IMG/VR virus record: IMGVR_UViG_3300027533_000085
Span: 1-25,663 of that record
DNA length: 25,663 nucleotides
Direction: 5' to 3' (one strand)
From: a virus
Lineage: Duplodnaviria; Caudoviricetes
The first letter of the stretch is position 1; each line of letters opens with the position of its first letter. The notes beneath the pieces are model-generated. The model saw only the letters and a program-made list of their open reading frames with translations, searched no databases and was not told where the DNA came from. This document shows positions 14,995-22,504 of the stretch, one piece after another. A program made the translations under genes and the position numbers.

Positions 14995-16869
14995 ATGACG
15001 ATAATCCAACGTCTTCTTTTGCTTCCGCCCTTGCTCCTGCTCTCCGCGATTCCAATCCTGGCCCAAAATATCTACGTCTACAACCCCTTCACGCGCAAGC
15101 TGGACGCCGTCAACCCGGGCGGCGGCACCCCCATCACCGGCGGCGCCTGCCCCGCTGGTCAATATTCCACCGGCATTCAAGCCCTCGTGGGCGTTCCAAC
15201 ATGCTCTCAAGTGGCATTCACCCAGCTTAGCGGCTCAGCCACTAAAGCCCAGCAATTCGTCGCGACCGTCTATAACGACCAATCCAATTCCTGGGTCACC
15301 GGGACGCAATCCTTCGCCGATGCGATCGCGATCGTTTTAAAGACCGGCCCAGCCTATGCCCCGACCGTCTCTGGCCATGTCGGCTATGATTCGACGGCCA
15401 ACGATTACGTCGGCGGGGTCAATGGAACGTCCTTTAGATTTGCCCGTCGCGCCGCCGGCACTCCTACTGTCGGCCATTGCGTCCAATGGGGCGCTGGCGG
15501 AACATTGGACACCGCGGGGGCGATTTGTGGCTCTGGCGGCGGCGGGGGCGGGATCACGACCCTCAATGGGCTGACTCCGGTGACGCAATTGTTTGCAAAA
15601 GTGGACGACACCAACGTCACTTTGAATATTGGCTCGGCAACCGCCACGCACACCTTCACCTTGGGCTGGACCGGCCGGCTCTCCGCCGCCCGATCGCATG
15701 CCGATGCAGTTTATAATTCGCAGGTCAATGCTTACGTTGCCGGGATGAAGCAATCCTTTGCTTCAAATGGCACCAGCGCAGCCCTTCGCCTTGTCCCATT
15801 CGCCGGCGCCCCTTCCTCCCTTCAGGAAGGCGACATGTATTACGACGACGTTTCCCACTCGATGAAGTGCGTCGAGGATGCCGTCCCGACGGCCAAGGAT
15901 TGCGTCTTTTCTGGAGTGCATGACCCAGGCGGGAATGGCGTTGTCATCCGCACCTCGCCTACCACCACGACTTTCAATGTCGGGTCGGCCAACAGGATCA
16001 TGCGCTGGGTGACAACCACGACAGTCGGCGATTCGAACCTCGGCCAAAATGCCTCGACCGGCGCCCTCGAAAATCTAAAAGGCACCAGCGACCCCGCCAC
16101 CGTTGTCGCATCCGGCGGCACTCCGGTCTTCAATCTCTCCACCTCGGATTCCCAAGACCACACCCTGACCTCCAACATCACCTTCACCTTCTCCAATCCG
16201 CCCGCGGCCCCGGCCGGCGCCAAGTTCATCCGGATGATCTGGCGCCAGAACGGCACCGGCGGCTGGACGATCACTTGTCCTGGAACGGTCTTCAACTGCA
16301 TCCAACCGGATCCGACGCCAAATGCCGTCACCATTCAAATCCTGCAATTTGACGGGACCAATTATGCCGTTATTGCTTCAACGTGCGTTGCTACTTGTGC
16401 AAGTGGCTACACCGATTGGTATGGGAAGACGACCGGGCATGTCTCGTGGGGGGTCAGGGACGTCACCGGAACGCCGGCGGATGTGGATGTTCCTTCAGCG
16501 GATCCTACTGCTGCTGGTTATGTGCTTAAAGTAACCCAGGCCGGCAGCGGCGCCACGCCTACCCAATTGGGATGGGGGCCGGGGCCGCAGTTCTGCGCCG
16601 GCACCGACACCGGCGGGGATGACACTTATGTTATTTCTTGCCCCAATTTCCCAGCCGCCTACGCCCTGGATCTAACGATCAGGCTCACCGTTGCCACAGT
16701 AAACACTGGTGCGACAACCCTTGATGCCGGGCTGGGGGCGAAGGCTATCAAATTGGGGGATGGCACGACTGATCCAACTACTGGAGATCTGCCGGCTGGA
16801 TCCACCAGACTTTTGCGTTACGACCCCGCGGCCAATTCCGCGGCCGGTGCTTGGCTTTTGAGCTTTTGA
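14995..16869 (+). CDS. Multi-domain tail fibre-like protein with signal peptide
   Basis: MTIIQRLLLLPPLLLLSAIPILA|QN; YNPFTRKLD motif; TLTSNITFTFSNPP...RQNGTGGWTIT fibre domain; same C-terminal module as the previous gene; 12 Cys. Confidence 0.8.
   Translation: MTIIQRLLLLPPLLLLSAIPILAQNIYVYNPFTRKLDAVNPGGGTPITGGACPAGQYSTGIQALVGVPTCSQVAFTQLSGSATKAQQFVATVYNDQSNSWVTGTQSFADAIAIVLKTGPAYAPTVSGHVGYDSTANDYVGGVNGTSFRFARRAAGTPTVGHCVQWGAGGTLDTAGAICGSGGGGGGITTLNGLTPVTQLFAKVDDTNVTLNIGSATATHTFTLGWTGRLSAARSHADAVYNSQVNAYVAGMKQSFASNGTSAALRLVPFAGAPSSLQEGDMYYDDVSHSMKCVEDAVPTAKDCVFSGVHDPGGNGVVIRTSPTTTTFNVGSANRIMRWVTTTTVGDSNLGQNASTGALENLKGTSDPATVVASGGTPVFNLSTSDSQDHTLTSNITFTFSNPPAAPAGAKFIRMIWRQNGTGGWTITCPGTVFNCIQPDPTPNAVTIQILQFDGTNYAVIASTCVATCASGYTDWYGKTTGHVSWGVRDVTGTPADVDVPSADPTAAGYVLKVTQAGSGATPTQLGWGPGPQFCAGTDTGGDDTYVISCPNFPAAYALDLTIRLTVATVNTGATTLDAGLGAKAIKLGDGTTDPTTGDLPAGSTRLLRYDPAANSAAGAWLLSF
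16600..16869 (+). repeat. 89-aa fibre module, copy 2
   Basis: Gap-free alignment to 14717-14986; a more diverged third copy lies at about 17020-17290. Confidence 0.9.
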
Positions 16870-16893
16870 GCTTTTGACATTCTAGAAACGGGA

Positions 16894-17832
16894 ATGAAAA
16901 TGGGAATGAAAATGAATCTACGACTTATTCCTTGCCTTCTGATCCTCTGGGCAATGACCTCGCCGGCACTGGCCCAAAAGGCTCGCGTCCAGCGCACCGT
17001 CTGGTCTGACGCCACCCAAACGGCCGGCACCGGGGACGCCATCACGCTTGCGCCGTCGCCAGCCCTTGCCGCCCTAACTGATCTCGACACGGTCCCGCCA
17101 ACCCTCACCTGCTTTGTTGCAGAAGCCGTCAACACCACCACGGTGACGGTGGCGATTAGTGGCCTGACCGCCAAGCCGCTTTACAAAATGAACGGGGCGA
17201 TCACGACTGCTCTCGCCGCCAACGATCTGCGCGTCGGCCAAACGGTCTGCTTCGTCCGTTACGTCACCGGCGATGCATTCCAAATGACCACCCAGCTCGG
17301 CAACGCGACGGCCGGTGCTTCGACGCCTCCTCCGATTTACTTTAGGGCTGCTAAGTGCGTCAACGGGTCGGGAGGCCCGGGCATGAACTTGCCGCTCACA
17401 CTGGCCCCGGCGCCCGATTGCATCCCAGGCACCAATATCTTGAGTGGTGAACTCACCTTCCCTGATCTGGATGGCGAGTATAGCGTGCAGGATAGCTTCA
17501 AGGTTCCGACAGGATCCAGCGGCCCCACGGCCGTTAACATCAAATGGAGATCCGCCGGCAACAGCGGCAGCGTCGTGTGGCAGATCGCCGGCATTTGTAT
17601 AGCAGACGACGAAACGATGGATCCGGCGTTTGCGACGGCGCAAGCCACCACAGATGCCATTAAGGCTACTCCCAATGAGGTAAACGATGCCCAGATTCCT
17701 TCACTGACCGTTACGTCATGTGCCGCAGGTGAGATCTACTTCTTCCGATTCTTCAGGGATAGAAACCATGCCTCGGATTCGATCACCAGCACCACCACCG
17801 TGAAGCTGTTGTCGCTAGAGTTTGTCTTCTAG
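16894..17832 (+). CDS. Tail fibre/adaptor-like protein with signal peptide
   Basis: MNLRLIPCLLILWAMTSPALA|QK (start between 16894 and 16912); diverged N-terminal copy of the fibre module; C-terminal beta-sandwich (SVVWQIAGICIADD...FFRFFRD) resembling phage fibre tips. Confidence 0.75.
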   Translation: MKMGMKMNLRLIPCLLILWAMTSPALAQKARVQRTVWSDATQTAGTGDAITLAPSPALAALTDLDTVPPTLTCFVAEAVNTTTVTVAISGLTAKPLYKMNGAITTALAANDLRVGQTVCFVRYVTGDAFQMTTQLGNATAGASTPPPIYFRAAKCVNGSGGPGMNLPLTLAPAPDCIPGTNILSGELTFPDLDGEYSVQDSFKVPTGSSGPTAVNIKWRSAGNSGSVVWQIAGICIADDETMDPAFATAQATTDAIKATPNEVNDAQIPSLTVTSCAAGEIYFFRFFRDRNHASDSITSTTTVKLLSLEFVF

Positions 17833-17843
17833 GAAGGGGGCGC

Positions 17844-18599
17844 ATGTCAATGGGCCAATTAATGTTGAAACAACTTATCGCTGCGGTGCTGTTGATCTGC
17901 AACATGAGCACCCCCGCCCACGGTTCCATTCAGTTCAACGCCACCGGCGAGCGGTTGTCGGATAGCACTCCAACCAACCTAGACTTAACAGCCTTTACAC
18001 TGTGCGCCTGGGTTTATGTGGACACGTCACCGGCGGTGGCCGGGTACATTTTTAACGTTCAAGTGGGAGCTGGTGGGCACTCGCTGCTCAATATCACATC
18101 CACCAATCAAGTGGTTGGAACCAGAACCACCAGCAGCACCGCACGCTCTTCCACCTCCACTGGAACATTGACTGCCGCCACTTGGTATTTTGTCTGCTCC
18201 ACCTATGACGGGGCAGGATCGGCCCCCAAAGTATTCATCTCCAGCGGCTCTAGCGTCAACACGGTCATGACGGAAGTCTCCTACGCCAGCCAAACAGCCG
18301 GCACCGGGACTGATGTCACAACCCCCACCAACACGCTCATCGGCAATACTTCCGCCTTCAATCGAACCTTCCTTGGGCGGATCGCCGAAGTCTGGGTTTA
18401 CACGGTGGAGCTGACGACTGCGCAAATGAACAGCTTGGCTCGGGGCTACCCAATTGCCGGGGCCGTTTGCCACGTTCCGCTTACAAAGAAAAACACCCCC
18501 TCCGCGGATACTAGCGGCTCTGGCAACTCATATGCGTGGTCTACCGGCCCCACTTACGGGGAGCATGCGCCGGTTGCGCCAAGCTTTGGCTGGTGGTAG
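17844..18599 (+). CDS. LamG/concanavalin A-like lectin-domain protein with signal peptide
   Basis: MLKQLIAAVLLICNMSTPAHG|S; LamG_3-type motifs FTLCAWVY, TWYFVCSTYDG, LIGN...FLGRIAEVWVYTVELT, DTSGSGN. Confidence 0.85.
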   Translation: MSMGQLMLKQLIAAVLLICNMSTPAHGSIQFNATGERLSDSTPTNLDLTAFTLCAWVYVDTSPAVAGYIFNVQVGAGGHSLLNITSTNQVVGTRTTSSTARSSTSTGTLTAATWYFVCSTYDGAGSAPKVFISSGSSVNTVMTEVSYASQTAGTGTDVTTPTNTLIGNTSAFNRTFLGRIAEVWVYTVELTTAQMNSLARGYPIAGAVCHVPLTKKNTPSADTSGSGNSYAWSTGPTYGEHAPVAPSFGWW

Positions 18600-18625
18600 A
18601 TCTCGACAATAGCAAATTGGCAAAC

Positions 18626-21600
18626 ATGAAAATCCTTCCAGTCCTGGTTCTAATGGCCGTTCCGCTTCCGCTCTCCGCAGTAGATATCTACCTCCGCACT
18701 CATGACAACAAAAACTGCCGCGTCATCGGCGCCACCTTTGCCACTCCCATCGTCGTCACCTGCGCCGCAGCCCACAACATGGCCGCTGGCGACCGTGTCT
18801 GGTTCAGCAACATCGCAGGCAACTTCGCCACCAACGGCCTGCGTTACGTAGAAATCCCTTCCGCCACGACCTTGCGCCTTTATTCCGACGCTGCCATGAC
18901 GGTTCCCGTCATAGGAAGCGGCACCTGGATCAACGGCAACAACGGCGCAAACGCAGGCGGTTATCAAATCGCCGGCGTAGTCGCGCCCTACACTTTGCAA
19001 CCCAGCCCGCGCATCAGCTGGAATCCTGCCGGGGAGATGATTGAATTCGGAGCCTCCGTCGAAAATGGCCTGTTGGTCAACATCTCCGACAGCAGCACAA
19101 CGGCCACTGCAACCTACAGCCGCGCCCATGGGCTCGCCGTCGGCAACCGAATTTGCATCTTCGGCGCCACCGACCCCGACCTGAATTGCTCCAGCACCGC
19201 CGGCACCTCCGTCTATTTCACCATCACCGCAGTCCCATCCCCAACCACCATTCAATGGGTCACCGCATCGGTAACCGACGCCGTCTACAACAACACCAAC
19301 CTGACCATCTCCTCCTGGGCGCAAGGCGGCAACCCGGCCTGGATAGCCGTCAACAGCTTCCGGTCCTTCCTGACCGGCGGCTCCCCTCCTGCCTACACTC
19401 TTGGCAGGCGGGATTACCAAAAGGAGACTGCGTCCAGTCTGGCCACCATCTGCTACCTCAACCGTTCCGACACCGAAGCCTGCACCATCGCTGAGCACGC
19501 TATCAACAACCCGCAAACCGGCTGGCATAACGGCGGATGCGATGAAACCATCGCCAACTGCGGAGACGACGCGGGCGATTACGCCAGCATTGGTGGGGAA
19601 CACCTTGCCTACATTTATGACTTGATGAAAAACACCAGCTATCTCGACGCTGGTGAGAAGACCGCCTTTCGCAACGCCATGCTCAACGACCTGGGCGACT
19701 CTTGCACCAAGCTCGTCCCGGCCATTGGGGCCGGTTCTATTTCAGTGGTCGGAAACGAAGCGGTCAATGGTCTCCTGACCGGCACGGGCACCAACTTCCT
19801 CACTTCGGTAACGGTGGGATCGATCCTGGTTGCCCGGTACAATCCCGCCGATCCTATTTCTGCGGCCGAGACGATTCATGTCAACGCGGTGATCGATAAT
19901 GAGCACCTGACGGTCAACACCTCCACCTCTGTGCCAAACACGGCTAATCCCATGGGACTTTATTCCATCATCGATCCGCGCACTTCGACCTCCTGCGGCC
20001 TCTGGTGGTTTTTGAAGCATCACAACGGCACTCCACTCGCTCATCCAATCTACTATCCCCCGGTCGGCGGCTACACCCTTAGCGAGGCAGTTGATCCCAT
20101 CAACAACATGACCCAGTCGAAGCTGCATATCGCGATCCTGTTTGGCCTAGCCATGGCCGATGAGGATCCCCGGGCAGCGATTCTCCTCTCGGACGCCAGC
20201 GTCTGGTGGATGGACTACATGCAGCCCACTCAGCGCGGCCAATACACGGGCATGACCCAAGGCGGCAATAATTATTACTTTGCCCGTGTGGCTTACATGG
20301 CCGTGGATATTCCAACGTTTTGGCGGAACGGTTTCGTCGGTGGCCCGGACTGGACTGGCGCCGGTTATATCAAGCCCTTCCAGGACGCATTTAGATTTTT
20401 ATGGCATCCAAACGCCGCAGTGGGCACGAGGAATTGGTGCGTCTGGGCATTCGGCGCCGATGCCGACGGAACTGCATGCTGGAACGGCATGGGCGGGCAC
20501 ATGATCAGCTTCCCCGCTAGTTCTAGAATTTCTCCAGCGTCGGCAGAGACATCAAAGTTCATGTATTGGTATAACAACGTTGCCGGTTTCAACGCCAGCA
20601 CCATCAGCGCCGGCAACAGTTACCAAGCCAACAACATCTTCAAGCGTCAGCCTCCGAATCCCAACGTGGCCACCACCAATTACCTCAGCGACCCCACCCA
20701 ACGGCTATTTCGTGTGGCGGCATCCGACTTAACTTGGTGTACGGAAGTGGGCAGCACTATCCCATGCCCGCCAACCGGGTCGTCTGGAATGGCTTATATG
20801 TTCAGCCGCTCGGGCTGGACCAGCACAACCGACTCCGCGGTTAGTTATTCATCTGCGAGTTTCTATAGCGATCACGACACCCGACGAGCGGGAGATTACT
20901 GCATTGTGAAGGGGAATGGACTAATCTGCGGGGATAGCTATGCGGTCGCGCAATCCCTGGGCAATATGGGCAATAATGCGTCATTTGGCAGGATGAATAT
21001 GTATTTGTTTGGGGGGCTTACCACCAACCAGGGGCAGACGGGCGTCATCAACGGCAATGTCCAGGTGCAGCATTACCATGCGCCAATTTTGAGATGGGCC
21101 GGCGGGGCAAATAATGATGGCAGGAGCGATTCGGCATTTGCTTATGTCCTCTCCAATCTCGCCACCACATGGCAGAGCGGCCTGACCCGTCAGCACCGTG
21201 CGTTGCTGCATTACAAACGTTCCGGCAAACAAGAGCACGTTATCGTCTGGGATGACGTGCTGCGCACCGCCGCCGGGACGATTGAATATTTCGCCCACTT
21301 TGTCCAGGACGGCGAGAGCGGCGAAGGGACAACAAGTTGCCCCAGTGGCGACACCACCTGCGCCTCCGTCAACACCTCCAAGCAGGTTAATACTGCCACG
21401 GCCGGGTCGGCGCAATCGGTCGTTACCAAATTCTTTGCCCCGACCGGCTCGAATATGTTCCTCCAGGTGAACGCCGCGGATGGTTCATATTCCGGCGGTC
21501 TCAACCATACCTACCGCGTCACGAGGTGCGGCGGAACTTCATCCTGCGGATCCGTCACAGCCCTGGAGACCTTCACTGCCCATCAAGTCTCGTCGGGCGC

Positions 21601-22501
21601 GGTGACTACGTCTAGCTTGACGGAACTTAATCCTTCCGCTGATTGGTCTGGCGCTCAATACACCGACCTGACCTACCTGCATGCGCGGGGCGGCAGCACC
21701 TTCACCTCCGTTCCATCATTTACAACATCCGCCACCACAGACATAATTGCCGCCGGCCTCACCCCAGCCACCTATGAGGTGCGCCTTGGGGGCGTAGCGG
21801 TCAGCGGCTGCACCGCCATCGTTGTGATCACCGGGGACAACACGATCTACTGCCCAGACGTCGGGGCAGGGGCCATAACCATCGTCCAGAACGGCGCCGG
21901 CCCCGATCCCATCATCATCACCACCACAACATTGCCCGACGGCACCCAAGCCGTTCCCTATTCGCAAGCATTAACGCTCACCGGCGGGACTCCCGCTTAT
22001 AATTGCTCCATCATCAGCGGATCGCTGCCTGTTGGCCTCTCGATTTCCGTCGCAACGATCTCAGGCACACCCTCCAGCTTTGGCCTCTCGTCCTTCACGG
22101 TCTCCTGCACGGATAGTTTAGGCGCCACGCCCGACACTGCAGCCCTGACCATCAACATCATCTCCTCGGGAAGCCCCATCAACATCACTACGACCACCTT
22201 GCTGGATGGAACTCAAGGGGCAGCGTATTCGCAAACGCTCACCATCACCGGCGGGACTCCTCCTTACAATTGCTCGATTATCAGTGGTGCATTGCCCACC
22301 GGCCTGTCGATCTCGGTGGCGACGATCAGCGGAACGCCCAGCAGCGCCGGCTTGTCGTCATTTACGGTCTCCTGCACTGATTCGGTTGCCGGCACGCCCG
22401 ACACTGCAGCACTGACGATCCTGGTCAACCTGCCGGCTGCGTCTGGAGCCGGTGGACTGCGGCGTGGAGGGAAACAAGTCCAGGGCGGGAAGGTCTTCTA
22501 A
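18626..22501 (+). CDS. Large exported protein: two FCCH-like domains, heparinase II/III-like (putative polysaccharide lyase) core, two He_PIG/Ig-like repeats
   Basis: ATG at 18626 (ORF track start 18536): MKILPVLVLMAVPLPLSA|V; ATPIVVTCAAAHNMAAGDRV and AHGLAVGNRI; helical region with QGGNNY; MFSRSGW...DHDTRRAGDYCI; two TTTL.DGTQ...YSQ.LT.TGGTP.Y repeats; 26 Cys. Confidence 0.75.
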   Translation: MKILPVLVLMAVPLPLSAVDIYLRTHDNKNCRVIGATFATPIVVTCAAAHNMAAGDRVWFSNIAGNFATNGLRYVEIPSATTLRLYSDAAMTVPVIGSGTWINGNNGANAGGYQIAGVVAPYTLQPSPRISWNPAGEMIEFGASVENGLLVNISDSSTTATATYSRAHGLAVGNRICIFGATDPDLNCSSTAGTSVYFTITAVPSPTTIQWVTASVTDAVYNNTNLTISSWAQGGNPAWIAVNSFRSFLTGGSPPAYTLGRRDYQKETASSLATICYLNRSDTEACTIAEHAINNPQTGWHNGGCDETIANCGDDAGDYASIGGEHLAYIYDLMKNTSYLDAGEKTAFRNAMLNDLGDSCTKLVPAIGAGSISVVGNEAVNGLLTGTGTNFLTSVTVGSILVARYNPADPISAAETIHVNAVIDNEHLTVNTSTSVPNTANPMGLYSIIDPRTSTSCGLWWFLKHHNGTPLAHPIYYPPVGGYTLSEAVDPINNMTQSKLHIAILFGLAMADEDPRAAILLSDASVWWMDYMQPTQRGQYTGMTQGGNNYYFARVAYMAVDIPTFWRNGFVGGPDWTGAGYIKPFQDAFRFLWHPNAAVGTRNWCVWAFGADADGTACWNGMGGHMISFPASSRISPASAETSKFMYWYNNVAGFNASTISAGNSYQANNIFKRQPPNPNVATTNYLSDPTQRLFRVAASDLTWCTEVGSTIPCPPTGSSGMAYMFSRSGWTSTTDSAVSYSSASFYSDHDTRRAGDYCIVKGNGLICGDSYAVAQSLGNMGNNASFGRMNMYLFGGLTTNQGQTGVINGNVQVQHYHAPILRWAGGANNDGRSDSAFAYVLSNLATTWQSGLTRQHRALLHYKRSGKQEHVIVWDDVLRTAAGTIEYFAHFVQDGESGEGTTSCPSGDTTCASVNTSKQVNTATAGSAQSVVTKFFAPTGSNMFLQVNAADGSYSGGLNHTYRVTRCGGTSSCGSVTALETFTAHQVSSGAVTTSSLTELNPSADWSGAQYTDLTYLHARGGSTFTSVPSFTTSATTDIIAAGLTPATYEVRLGGVAVSGCTAIVVITGDNTIYCPDVGAGAITIVQNGAGPDPIIITTTTLPDGTQAVPYSQALTLTGGTPAYNCSIISGSLPVGLSISVATISGTPSSFGLSSFTVSCTDSLGATPDTAALTINIISSGSPINITTTTLLDGTQGAAYSQTLTITGGTPPYNCSIISGALPTGLSISVATISGTPSSAGLSSFTVSCTDSVAGTPDTAALTILVNLPAASGAGGLRRGGKQVQGGKVF
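21908..22441 (+). repeat. Two tandem 267-bp He_PIG/Ig-like domain repeats
   Basis: PIIITTTTLPDGTQ... and PINITTTTLLDGTQ..., period 89 aa, high protein identity with many synonymous differences. Confidence 0.9.
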
Positions 22502-22504
22502 AGG

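Noticed and set aside
14717-16869. Diversity-generating retroelement template/variable repeat pair
   Set aside because: Both copies are coding, differences affect all four bases and are often synonymous, and no reverse transcriptase is in the window. The same applies to the He_PIG repeats.
13900-22501. Outer-membrane beta-barrel or autotransporter interpretation of the exported proteins (several end in Phe or Trp)
   Set aside because: No alternating amphipathic barrel region is visible and the C-terminal domains look soluble. A terminal aromatic residue alone is weak evidence.
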